Shown piece after piece: positions 39,791-52,699 of a stretch of 64,000 nucleotides of DNA; position 1 is the stretch's first letter; each line of letters begins with the position of its first letter. This DNA is from Octopus bimaculoides (lineage: Eukaryota), in assembly GCF_001194135.2 (NCBI RefSeq), contig NC_068982.1, forward strand, positions 119,851,826 through 119,915,825. The letters are read 5' to 3'. The notes below the pieces were generated by a model. The model was not told where the DNA came from, did not search any database, and worked only from the letters and a program-made list of their open reading frames with translations. The position numbers were made by a program, and so were the translations under genes.

Positions 39791-40378
39791 GTATGTAGTA
39801 CTAAGTTATCTATGTCCCTTGATTTTTAGCATTGCAGGGTGTTATCTGAGGGGTGCTTTCTATTGCAGTTCTATGGAAGGATATGACACACATGCATCAA
39901 CCTAACTACAAAAGTTAGAAAGAACGAGAGAGCTTATATGTTCTCAGCCACAACACAGTGGTAAGTTCCACTGAACTCATTATTGTGTTGTGGCTAACTT
40001 AGAATTTCCACACAACAATGTAATCTTCATTAAGATAATCTCAGCCTGATGATTAGATATGTTGATCAATGTTCATTGCATAACAATTGCATCATGTGCT
40101 TCAGCTTTTTACGAAACATATGTAGCGTACATTTTACATGTTCCGCTCACTCAATTTGGATTTTCTGTTCGCATTTTCGCAGTATTAGTTGCTAACAATG
40201 AACTGTATAGAAACTCGCAGCAACTTAGATACCGAGAAAAGTGTGTAACTCTATGCCAATAAATTATTGTTGTTTCTTATCGTATACTGTTCACTTTTTG
40301 TTCTCTATACCAGCCACTTACTGCTTGAAGCTGAGAAACTTCCCACACTCGATTTCCCGAATCATATTTGTATGTGAG

Positions 40379-40439
<61 letters not shown>

Positions 40440-43140
40440 CGTGAACTTATATTTACGCATTTATTTAAATATGGGGTTTATAATGACGAAGAGAAGTATA
40501 CGTATGTATTACTTTCAGAGTAAATGTTATTTATCATTCACTCACCTCTGCACTCCCTCTCATTCACTTCTCTCTTTCTCTATTTTCATACAGCAATATG
40601 TCTCTATGTCGTCATTTCTCTCTTGATCTATTATTATTTCTCTTGTAGAATTTATACCCAGTGCAGGATTGTATACGGTTTTGCTATCAGAGCAAGTAAT
40701 AACCTATTTAATATTACTAACCAATGCATTCGAAAATAGAAGTCATTTTCTGAACACTTTCCGCGCCAAATGTTCTGCAGGATAAAACTTACTGTGTCTA
40801 TCAATTTAAATCGGAACGAAAACCATTGAAGGCAAATCGTTGAAAGCCTCATTAATATCAGTAATGCATAGAGAGGAAGGTGATGTTCTGTAATATATAA
40901 TCATTGTATAGCTTTGTCTTGGAAACCTAAACGAAAGTCTTAGATTTTCCATTTCTGTTTGGAGAAGTTACAATTTAGCCATAAACAACACTACCGGATT
41001 AAGTATCCTATAGTATCCTACCACAAAATAAAACAAGATTTTGACAGTGAAATTTATGACTTCTTTTTTACTCCTTTCATTTTCATTTTTCCCTTTCAGT
41101 TTTGTATTGCCTCAAATGACCTGCAACAATTTCGTTAGTTTGCAATTCAGTGATCCGTTACTGTGTGTTTAATGTCTCCATGTTACAGCACGTTGACTTA
41201 AGAATATTGCCAAAAATCTGTTCTACGAATTTCATTGTGTCAATATACTTTAGTTTACAGAACTATAAGAAATGATTAGTAGATTTACCATTAAATGTTT
41301 CCTGAGATAGACTAGCAACTTGTACATTGAATGTTGAGTATCTCTTAATCGTACTGGATTTATGCCTGCATACATAGCGTCATTACCATTATCGGCAATT
41401 ACTATGTCATAAAATCTTTTTCGAAATGAGTGAGTCCAAAATTTTGAGTCTGTGAATAACAAGTTCTAATCTGTAACTTCTTAGTTTAATCTCAACGAGC
41501 TTTATATAAGGTATCTTGAAACCAAACGTCTTCAATATACAATTTCGTGTAATATTTTCTGCACATTTTGAATATCACATTTCCCATATTTCATAAGTTA
41601 AGTTATGCCATTGATATCGTTCACATCTGACCATATGATTAAGAAGGGATGCATTTCCTCTTGAGTGGTATACTAGCTCTGTAGCCCAGTTCAACAGCAC
41701 TATCTGGCACCCTGAACTTTCGCTTTGTTGAAAGTATTCAGACAAAGTCTCTGTAGCCTGTATTAAAACCAGTGTTCTTCTTCGCTTTCTCCACTAATCT
41801 GCGCGGTCATGTAATAAAGCATCATTGGCGATACCAATCCTCTTAAACCAAGCCTCAAAACCTCAAAACAGAACTTCTTATCGCTCGTCCAGGTTCTTTA
41901 TAATTTCTATTACGTTTCTTTCTAGTACTATTGATGTTTTATAGGAATAGAGTCACTACTATTTAGCAGGTACTTTATTTAATCAACCCTGAAAGAATTA
42001 AATATAGTACACTTTGAAGTCCTTCTCCGAGCAGAAACCAACGGAGTCTTCTTAGTGATATAAGAGGACTTGTTAAGTTCATTAGACAACATATGGGAAG
42101 GGAAACTTTGAACATTTGGTGATAACTAAGGAATTGATGGAAAGAAACGGTGAAAACAGAAAATAATTAATGGATTTACAAGTTGATTAGAGAAAGACCG
42201 GATCAATAACTAAGTAATGAGTGAGGCAGGAAGGGTAGCGATCCATGTTCGTCGATACGTGTACACACAGAACATGAAGTGGGAGGAGGTATCGATGAAC
42301 CTGATAAACACCAGTTACTTTAACTTGCTTCCAATTTTCTTGGGAAGACAATTCACTCCATTTATGCAAATTTGAGGAATCACTAAAGAAATTAAAAGCT
42401 AGATAAAGGTAAACGACCCGAAAGCTAGTATTGTAAAGATTATTAGATTTCGGCAAATTGGTTTAATTCTGTCTATCGTCAAATTTACTGTTAATTACAA
42501 TGTAACATTTTTCGTGCAACCTTTCGCTCTATGAAATGTACAAGACAAATGTTGATGAGCAGAAAATGCATTTTAACAGCGTGGGACGCCTCTTTTTTAA
42601 ACTTATTGAAGAAAAGAAGAAATGCAGTTATGTGATAATGAAAATGAGAATATGAAGTGGGCGAATTTGGCTGAGCAGCACACATTGACATTTAAACTTC
42701 AATTTATTTTGAAATGAATGAAGTATCAACTTCACTCGTGTCAAGGTAGATTGATCGGTTTCATACCATGAGGAAGAGCTGAGGATTGTAAAATTTCTAG
42801 AATGAAGATAAAAGAAAGAAAACATGTATCAGGTGAACTTCGATGTGAGTAAATCTTAGCTGAATAGTTCACAGCATTCGGAGCTCTTGAAAGTTTTGAA
42901 AGAGAAAGAGCTACAGCGAAGGCAATGCGTCTGTCAGTCAGTTCATAGTACATGCCTGTTGAGTTAATCTTTACGAGTCTGATGGAACTTCATTGGGGAT
43001 ATTCAATGTCTGTATATGTAGCAGCAAGAACATCCTAGATTAGAAATTTAATGTGGGTTATACTTGAGATTAGTAGAAAATCAACTGACCTAGTCTTAAA
43101 GAAAAGATACATTTTTGCCAACATCATATGATAGGTGAAG

Positions 43141-43256
<116 letters not shown>

Positions 43257-44274
43257 TATGTTTTTATCACTAGATCTATCATTTACAGAGCCCATACAGA
43301 GAGTGTAGGGGAGTGTAAGTGAATTTGCGAAGGATATAGCTTAAATATGAACTGCACTTGTTATTTTAAGATAAACACTATTTTAAAAAGCAGTGAGTTA
43401 AATTAAAGCGTTCGGTACTTTACTGATTCATTTGTTATCCTTTGTTGTGGCTCATTATTTTTTGTAATTTTCTATTGTGTTTTAAATTTTGCATGATTTA
43501 ATTTTGATGCTGTGCGTCTTCTTATTTTGTATTCAAGCAATTCATGAATTGTTCACTTTTTATTTCCTTTCATTATCAGCTGCTTTTGACATTTGGATTG
43601 GAGATGTGCACGGTTTATTCTGTTATTCATCTGCACTACGAGATAAGAGAAAGAAAAAATTAATGGTTTTACATGTTTGTCGAACTTCATTAGGTTTCAT
43701 TTGTTTTCAGTTTTTTCTCAGAAACTAAGTGACAATCAGAGAAATGTGATTAGAATAAATAACTATTTCTTTATTGGCCACAAGGGTTTAGAATAAATAA
43801 CAAAATCAATTAACAGTTCATAAATCTATAATTTGAAACATGAGTTAAAATGGAACAAATGAATTGTATTAGCTTTTGCTTGAATATTTATAACATGATT
43901 ATATTTTAACTTCATACAGAAAGGTTCTTAAAATTCCAAAACATTCAAAACTGGGAACAATAAAAACATCTCAGAATAATTGATTTGTATAGGGGTATCC
44001 AAGTTTATTCGGTGTTTCATCTCTAACGTGTTAACATAACACAAAAAAATTACTTTCTACGATTTAGCTGTGTTTGCAAAGAAAGTTCCATATGTGGTTT
44101 ATTGCGAAGAAAATTATAGGTAAAATAATTCAGTGGACACAGTATGACAGAAGCGCTATATGTGTCATAATGGTAGATATTAAATGTTATAAAGGATTAA
44201 TTTCTTTGCCAGACTCATACAAACAGCCAACAAAATTTAAGATACATTTAGCAGGTCGTTTTCTGTTTGCATAG

Positions 44275-44367
44275 TTCATAGAAAAGCTTCCAGTTTCACA
44301 AAAGCAAATTTCAGATGCAGTGAAGCTTCCCATTACTATTACCTTCCAGCATTTTAGTGCAATTGCT
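44275..44367 (+). CDS. Candidate 93-nt phase 0-0 exon FIEKLPVSQKQISDAVKLPITITFQHFSAIA
   Basis: Acceptor gtcgttttctgtttgcatag|, donor GCT|GTGAGT; only frame 0 is open; no recognised homolog. Confidence 0.3.
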
Positions 44368-44799
44368 GTGAGTAATGTACTGTCTATTTTAGACACCGAT
44401 AAACCGGAGCGATGAACTTCATTTCTCAACTAAATTCATTTTGATTCACTTACTTTGCTACTGCTGAAAGTAAGTCATAAAGATTTTAGCATATCCTTTC
44501 GTGCTTTATGTAAATTGGGGTGCAGGTTATGTACCTGGTTCATATCACATCTTACAGGGGTCAAAGTGACATTATGATTCTCATTGAGATTTTCACAAAT
44601 CGGATTCGATTATTCAACTTATATGATGATTTTTTTTATACTATCATACGTCCACAAATGTTTAAATTAAAAGTAAAGTCACATGAATAGACCCCTTGTA
44701 TAGTTCCTCTGTACCAAAAATAAGGCAGTTACTTATTTTTGATCGACCGTGCATCAGGGAAAAGCAATGATGACCTCAATAGAATATTCTTAACTCAGA

Positions 44800-45235
44800 A
44801 ATTATTCGAATGTCAAATATATAACCACATACATTGCCAGCGCCCCTGGACTGGCTCTTGTGCGGGTCGCACATTAAATACACCATTTTGAGCGTGGTCG
44901 TTGCCAGTACCGCCTGACTGGCCTTAGTAGGATTTTCGAGCGAGATCGTTGCCAGTACCCCCTGGACTGGCTCCTGTGCAGATAGCACATAAAATACACC
45001 ATTTTGAGCGTGGCCGTTGCCAGTACCGCCTGACTGGCCTTCGTGCGGGTGACACGTAAAAGCACCCACTACACTCTCTGAGTGGTTGGCGTTAGAAAGG
45101 GCATCCAGCTGTAGAAACTCCCAAATCAGATTGGAGGCTGGTGTTGCCATCCGGTTTCACCAGTCCTCAGTCAAATCGTCCAACCCATGCTAGCATGGAC
45201 AGCGGACGTTAAACGATGATGATTATGATGATGAT
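44800..45235 (+). mobile_element. RTE-tailed SINE-like retroposon with internal tandem subrepeats
   Basis: Four gccag(t)...actggc units; 3' end gagtggttggcgttagaaagggcatcc...ccatgctagcatgg...cgttaaac(gat)n; short (GAT)n tails are characteristic of RTE-mobilised elements. Confidence 0.75.
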
Positions 45236-46329
45236 ACATTCACATGTTAAATACACTCAACAGATAGAAAAATTGTCACAACTTCCTATTTCTTTTCTCA
45301 CATAAATTTTAGCAACTTACATGCCTGTAATTTCGCTCGTGGTATATTCGAGTAGGTGCAATTACACTGACTTGTCACTTGATATAGACTTATATGACAT
45401 AAGGATTTTAAGATATATCTATGAAACAGCGTCTTTATGACAGATAAAACATAAAGCATTTACGTCGTAGCAACCAGTACAGAAACCTATGCGTGATCAT
45501 GCGTCTTCATACAAACAGTCGACGAATCTCAATAGTATCAAACTAACTTTTCAAAAGAGACGGACACATTGACTAATATAGTCTAATATGCACTATTTGA
45601 TTAAGTATGAATGGTTATCATAACTGATTTTTAGTTAGATAATAATAACAAAACACAGAATCTTCAGAATTCGCCCAATGTTCCAAAGAGTTGTCTTCAC
45701 TAATTTATTATTAGCAATTAAATTTATATCGAGGAAAAGCCATTTTAAAGATATAACAACAGCACTCAAAGCTGTCATAATCTCTTTTCGCTTATATTTA
45801 AATATGTCAAATATTTCGTCTGACTTTTGTGGCCTAGAACTCTTCTAAATTGATTGAAATTGAGTTACTAGCAATTTTCTATACGCTACAGTAGGTCTTC
45901 TTCTTCTAAGAGAAACTTTAGATTTCAGGGTCTATTGTATCGTTGCTGTCTGTACTTTTGTTACATGTTTTTTTTTTGTTTTAATCGCGATTAGGTTCGA
46001 GTCTTTGTTTTGATTCTATTACTGTATTGTATAGTTAAAATGCCATTGGGTAGAAAATTAAATTAGTGCTCTAATAACCGTTGGGTGTACGTACCTTAAG
46101 GACGGTGAAACAGCCATATTTACAATAAAATCGCTGAAAGAATAGCTTCACAGTCTTTTTACGGTACAGATAAAAATATTGAGAATAAAATCAGAGATCA
46201 CGAGAACACTCTATATTATGAACACGCGCATGAAACAGCTAGAAGCTATTCTGGTCAATGAGTTTAGAACATCATCTAACTCCATGGCACCAGTAAGTCG
46301 CTACTTCAATAATGCGTTATCTAGCTGCA

Positions 46330-47430
46330 AATAGCGCCTACTTTTGTTTCGTCATGTGACCTCATTCCACTCAGCCTTATCTCAGAAATTCGGACTTCTC
46401 TACAACAGGTAGATACTGAAAAACATGTCAGAATTTGAGAACATTGTCAGTTATAAATGTTCAAAACACGCTCCGACGAAACTCACAATACGCTCCCAAT
46501 GAAGAACAAACTCTCATAAGAAGAATCGTAAAGATTCAATATTAAAACATCAAGCATTTAAGATACTACCACCAACAACATCCACATTTAACGGAAAGAA
46601 GGAAGCTTGCATTAAAAAAATATCACCTGCAGACAGCTGGGAAACCTACAGCGACTATCAAAGATTTGCAGAGGAAAACTGGGTAATCCAAAAAAAATCA
46701 GACAGAACCCAAAAGTGTTCAATTCATATGCCAACAAACATAGGACCGTTGTCCCAACCGTTGGGTCCTTGATAGATGATAACAGAATTCTCTGTCATGA
46801 TTCTAAAGAAATGCCAGAAGTACTATAGAAACAATAGTGTTCTTTCCTTACTGATCCCTCTGATATTGACGCAAGGGATGTAAACGAAACCAAACCCCAA
46901 ATATTATCTCTGACATGATATTACTGCTTCATATATCATTGCAACAGTAAAGGAAGTATTATTTTGCTGCCCACTAATGTCCTTAAGGAAAGCAGACACG
47001 AACTTGCAACTCCTCTAACCAACCTCTGGAGAAATTTTTTCGACTCAGACTATGTACCGAAACAGTACTTATCCCAATCTGTCACCCTGGTCTTTAAAAA
47101 GGGAAACAAGTCCCTTGCAGTTAACTATCACCCAATCTCTCTCAACTCCCATATCATCAAAATGTGTCAAACAGTGGTGAGATCAAGTATAACTGGTTTC
47201 ATGGAGAAGCACAACCTCCTACATTTCAGCCAGCGTGGTTTTCACTGCGGCAGGGAGTGCCTAACAAGCGTTTACATCATAACGACGATGCCCTAAAAGC
47301 TTTGATCTCATGTTCAAACTCTGATGTCAAATATATTGACTTCAGCAAAGCGTTCGACAGAGGTGACAACAATATGCTCTTGTCAATATTGTCCAACATT
47401 TGAATCCGTGGTAAACTGCTATTAGAAGAT
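46330..47430 (+). mobile_element. CR1-like LINE fragment (pre-RT and RT motifs 1-3)
   Basis: NPKVFNSYANK...VGSLID; LKESRHELATPL..LWR...VTLVFKKGNKSLAVNYHPISLNSHIIK...QRGFHCGR; YIDFSKAFDR. Confidence 0.85.
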
Positions 47431-47617
47431 AGCTGCGCAATGTGCCGCGCAAGGTGTCGAATTAGAAACCTTAGGGCATGTCTGAAAAGTACCTCATATG
47501 ATAACTTAAAACATGTAATTTAGCTTAGCTCTGATATTTTAGGAACACGAAATAGGTTTTAGATGATATATTCTTTAAAACGCAGAGAAATCTCCAGGCT
47601 TTGTTATTTATTTAGAA

Positions 47618-47760
47618 TCAGCGAAACATATCAAGTAGTATTCAATCATATATCTTTACATTCGGAGTTCTAATGCTGTCGTAGTTAACTTTGCTTTTCA
47701 TTTTACTTGGATCGATAAAGCAAAATGCCAGTCAGATGTTTAGTCAATTTATTTCCTGTT
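47618..47760 (+). mobile_element. Highly diverged SINE family A copy
   Basis: atctttacattcggagttctaatgctgtcgtagttaactttgcttttcatt...gatcgataaa. Confidence 0.55.
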
Positions 47761-47959
47761 ACAAAAATACAATATATCCTGTTTCGTTGCTCTCTCACAA
47801 ATCATCGTTATTACATCATCATTAGTAATTTGCTAATTACGTATTCTTGTTTATCATAGCAGAGTCAACAGTTGCCTCATGGTTATTTCAAAGCAAACCA
47901 TCACATTCTATTAGTCCTATATTTTGTTTTCATAAACATCTTTAGCTTCACCAATGTAG

Positions 47960-47983
47960 GCATCATCATCATCATCGTCGTCG

Positions 47984-48017
<34 letters not shown>

Positions 48018-48230
48018 TATCGTCATCATCACCACCATCATCATCGTCAGTATCATTACCATTATGTTAATTCCGCCCTAGCATAGGCACTAATATAATC
48101 GTAATCATCATCATCTCTAACTTACACCGTTACCATGATCACCATCACCTACAATTTTATCATCATTATTGTCATCTCCATCGTAATCATATCAAATTAG
48201 CAACGTTAAGATACCACAAGGTGATATTGA
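47960..48230. repeat. Degenerate (CAT)n microsatellite
   Basis: Read directly from the sequence. Confidence 0.9.
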
Positions 48231-49984
48231 TGATGCTCAATACAAGAATGATTGCCCAAATTTCTTTAATAATTCTAAGTTTCTTGCAAAATTAATAATG
48301 GCAGTTTTCTGAATATTTTAACGATCTTTCATTAGATGCCAATTTATAATTATTTCTAAAAATTTCGATATTTTTGTTAGCTTTTCTAACACAAAATAAA
48401 TTTCAGACATTTTAAGATTTAATATCAACCTCACTTGATCCTACTACCTGTCGATATTTCCGCTTTCTTTCGATCTGAGCCTGCTCTCTACGTAATGCCA
48501 AAATTACTTATTAGCGTGTGACATATTTTCATTATTAATTTCGCGTTACATCCGACCATTATCCATCTTAAAACTGATGCCCTAGAGTAGTAATGTCCTA
48601 TGGATATTTTATTGCTTGGCCTGAGGGACAACTGACCTGAATTACAACAACTGCTTAAAAGATCATTAGAATTTAAGTCTGGTGGGCATTCTCATATTGA
48701 TGTACATATGTTTCTTACTGACTTACAGAACAAATCTCACTTAAGTTTGCTTCTTCCAAATTGTTTTTTAAACTCTCTTCCTGATACTCATTACATGCTA
48801 ATATTATCAAAGGTAACCAGGTACCCTATACTTTTCCTACAGCTAGATAGGAACACCAGGCAAATACCCTGCAATTATACTGTAATGGTTTCTATAAGGG
48901 AATGGTACATTGAAGATTTCAGTCGCAAAGGACAAGAAAAGGAAGGAATGGTAACGACTGAAAATCTTTTAATAATATGCTTGTTCTGTCATCGGTAAAC
49001 TGTGCTAAATAGCATGTAATATAGTAGGTGCCATACCTAGCATAACTTGAGCAGCTTACAAATGCTGTCGAGCATGGTGATGAAAGAATTCTGACAAACT
49101 AAATGGTTGATTGATTGATTGACTGATCATCTGATCGACCGATTAGTTAAGCAGTCCTAATTACTTAATTTGTTGTCTAGTTAAAACAAAAAATCAAATA
49201 AAATCCGTGCATATGTTTTAATTACCAAAAATTACCAAAATTACACCTCCCAAATTAAGACATCTGCTTCTACACGCGGTTTGACACGAGGAATCTTTTA
49301 AAACTAATACGAAATCGAAACTTGTGGTATATATACACATTTATTTGTCATAAATATTGTTAATCGTTTCCAGACACCATATATTTCACGAAAGTGACCT
49401 TGTTAATTGAACATTATTTAACCCAACCACAAAACCGAAGCATGTGTCATATATGTACTAAATGTTCATTACATAAATGTGTATTATAGATGTGTAACAT
49501 ATACAAAGCATTTTCATATTGTTATGAAAATTGTTGTGCATATTCGAAGTCAAAACACCCAAATATTATGTTAAAACGCATCAGAAAAAAAATGCGTTTC
49601 CTAATTAGTGTACCAATCACAACAGACGACGAAGAAAATTGTGACACTATCCAAATATAAAGTTCTCAAAATAGACATAACAAGAATGTGGACATTGGAA
49701 TGAAAACCACGTGAAGTTTGGGAACAGGTGCCGTCGCAGTGCTTTGCTGCTTTCACCACTTATCGGTATATTCCCGCGTCCGGCCTGGTGACCCGTCGAG
49801 CAGAGTCCCTGTCAGCTTCCTTCTCTGCCAGAGAGACCTCCTCATGAGCCGCCAACCCAGCTGGATACTCAGTGAAGAGAATACAGTAAGCAAGGTCTAA
49901 GAAAATCAAACAACATGGTCAAATAGTCTGCCCCCAAGCACAAAAGTGAGCGAGAGCTAACCGACGGCGAAAGTTGTATTTACT

Positions 49985-51075
49985 CTTAAGAAAACAGTTT
50001 GCGGTGCTATATCAAGGATGCTGTAGAACCTCTACTGGTTCAGATGGGAATATCTCGTATAGTCAGAACAGATACTGAGTTAGGGACAGGGGATCTCAAA
50101 GTAAAAATAAAATGTAAAGAGGACGAAAGTAGATGTAATGGAAAATCATGTACGGACAGTTCGCGGAAGGTATACAGGAATACATATGCCGATGAAAGAT
50201 AACACTGGTTAAGAACGAACGACGTGAAGTCAGTGAGAGAAGCTTTTATCTGTACCACGCAGTAACAAGCACTTGAGATAAATTATACCAAGTGCGGAGT
50301 TGAAAATACAGAAGAAAGTAACAAATGCAGAAAGTATCAATACAGCAGAAAGAAACAAGGTGAGTCTGCATGGCGTATTTTGACTGAATTCACTAAGCTG
50401 TCCGAAAATGAATACAACAGAAGACACGATAATGCCGCAAGAAATATTGATTGGCAAATGTGTGGCAATTATTGATTGAATAGTGCAAAGAAGTGTTATG
50501 GGCAAACCTCAGAAACAATAGTCGAAAATGAAAGGGTAAAGATACTGCAAGATTTGATTATCCAATGTGATCATGAACCTGAACCGGAAAACTGGTTATA
50601 GAGGTTATTTCATACAGAGGCAAAACATGCTTAACCATGGATATCAAATGTTCTGCTGATGACAGAATGTAGGAAAGCGAAGGAAAGCAGGTCAGATGTG
50701 ATGATTTGAAATTAACGATAAAGAGAATGAAGTCATCGGGGAGTGGCACAAGAAATTATAGATGCCACGGATAAGAAAGTATAAGAGATGATATACCAAG
50801 GTAGAAAGTCCCTGAACCAGATGGTGTTCAGAGTTTCAGTCACAAGAATCTCCTAAGTATGCACAGTTATATATGGCCATTTTTAATTGCTTGCATTATA
50901 AACGGAATATCAGAATGGATGACAATGATTGTAGGAGCACTTGGAATGATCAAAAACAGAACTGAAAATTATTTAAGAATTATCCTTGTCTTAGTATTCA
51001 TGCAGAAAGTGCAAAAGATTGTCTTAACTGGTGGTACGTCACATGTTTTAAGAAGAGCATTGTCGTTGCGATTTT
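49985..51075 (+). mobile_element. R4/Dong-like non-LTR element, 3' part (post-RT, CCHC, RLE) with an out-of-order insert
   Basis: YIKDAVEPLL; MYGQF; QALEINY; KCRK; EYNRRHDNAARNIDWQMC; KILQD; IVGALGMIK...QKIVLTG..HVLRRALS. Confidence 0.85.
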
Positions 51076-51639
51076 TTTCCTTTTCTCCCTTTTATTTTCT
51101 GTTTACTATTTTTTTTTTAACTTTTTCTCTCTGTGTTCTCCTTTATCTCTATCACATGGCTTTGTAAATGAACATTCTGGTGTGCTTATGTCAATGAATT
51201 ATGTACGTTTCTCTGCCCTGGGTGTCAGGGAGACACTCGGCAAGAAATGGAAACAGAATTGAAAGAAGATGATAATGAAAATGATAATGTGTTCGCATTA
51301 GACGGAAGAAGAGAGGAATGTTGATAAGGAACAAGTAAAAAAAGAGAAAGGGAGAAAGAAACTGGAATGATTAAAATAAAGTATTTAAGATATATAAAAT
51401 TCGTTGGTTAAAGCAGGTTAGAAAATTCACGAAAGAAGCGAATCTGGTCGCATGTGCTGCCTTTACAAAGACCAAATAGTTTCCACGCTGGTTGTCGTAT
51501 AAAAACAAGAAAAATACCGAGAGAGATGTGATGGAATGAAGAGAAACAAGGACGAATATAATAAACTGTATTGTGCGTATTTTGTGTATCCGGAAAACTA
51601 TTCAATATAAGACTCTCTGTTGCAGACTCAAATGTCATA

Positions 51640-51875
51640 TCCTCATTCCTAAGAAAATTTCTCTAAACAGATGACTGTGACCTCTTTGATCGCTCCCAAG
51701 AAGACACACAACATATTATAGACCCATTTCCAATGCATGCTCTGCGCTAGGCCTGATAATGTCTTATATCAGCCTGCCCAAGGTGGGCTACATTTGAAAA
51801 CAGATATACGAGTGCATGGTTGGAAGCTCGAAGTTGCAGATAGGTTTGTGCATCTTGGCAACAGATTTAGCATAT
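51640..51875 (+). mobile_element. RTE (BovB-like) RT fragment
   Basis: TDDCDL...EDTQHIID (like YADDCDL), then LYQPAQG...IRVHGWKLEVADRFVHLGNRFS. Confidence 0.8.
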
Positions 51876-52699
51876 AATGAAGCATGTGAATGAAATCTCG
51901 TTTCCAAACAGTAAAACCAGTAATGCTTGGAAAAAGGTCAGTTGTCTCAACGTAGTATCTTTACTGACTGTAAAGTGAAGATTTATATTGCTGTCTCTTC
52001 GAGGTCTCTTAAAGATTTTTCTCGTATGGAGTACATATACATAAAAAGTAGTTTCTCCCAGATACAGCACCCGAGCAATATATGCATACAAATGTAAACA
52101 TATGTACGTAAAAATGTAAACACTGCAATATTTCTATACGAAAACTACAAACCTGTGGGCAAAATTTTAAATTTTAAATTACTTATACTTCCATATTTAT
52201 ACAAGACTTCTATATATATGCACATTGCTGTTTCTTCTCGGTCTCTCGCATATACATCAATAATAATTATAACTACGGAAGAAAAATCAACACACGTTCA
52301 TGGGTTCTTTTCAGTTAAAAAAGGAAAGGCTGTAAAAACGTACCCGGAACCGATAACAAAACGAAGCAAATGAGAAAGAACGGTGGACAGATAACCATAA
52401 ATACTATGAAATAGTTGATTCATGATTTACATACGCTCCTACGCAGCACTCCTCTAAAAACATACAGGAATAAACCCATACTACAAATACCCAACAAAAT
52501 TAACAGAGCCTACACCATGTACCATAGAATGCCGATACCCGACAGAAGAACACAACCTGTGCTGCACAAACAACACATGATACAAAAACTAATACAACAG
52601 ATGACTCAAGCCAAACCCCGTAACAAATCATACTGATAGAATACAATACCCCCACCAAACATATCAACCTACCAGCACAAAGGTGCAAAAATGATGCAA

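Noticed and set aside
41250-41800. THSFRK (tyrosine recombinase-like) and faint RT-like words on the minus strand
   Set aside because: Isolated short matches; neither model is collinear
44834-45040. Regularly spaced palindromic repeats resembling a CRISPR array
   Set aside because: The spacers are themselves duplicated, the context is a eukaryotic retroposon and no cas genes are present
48620-48700. Minus-strand CPPDLNSND resembling Tc1 SPDLNP
   Set aside because: A single short motif with no supporting catalytic motifs
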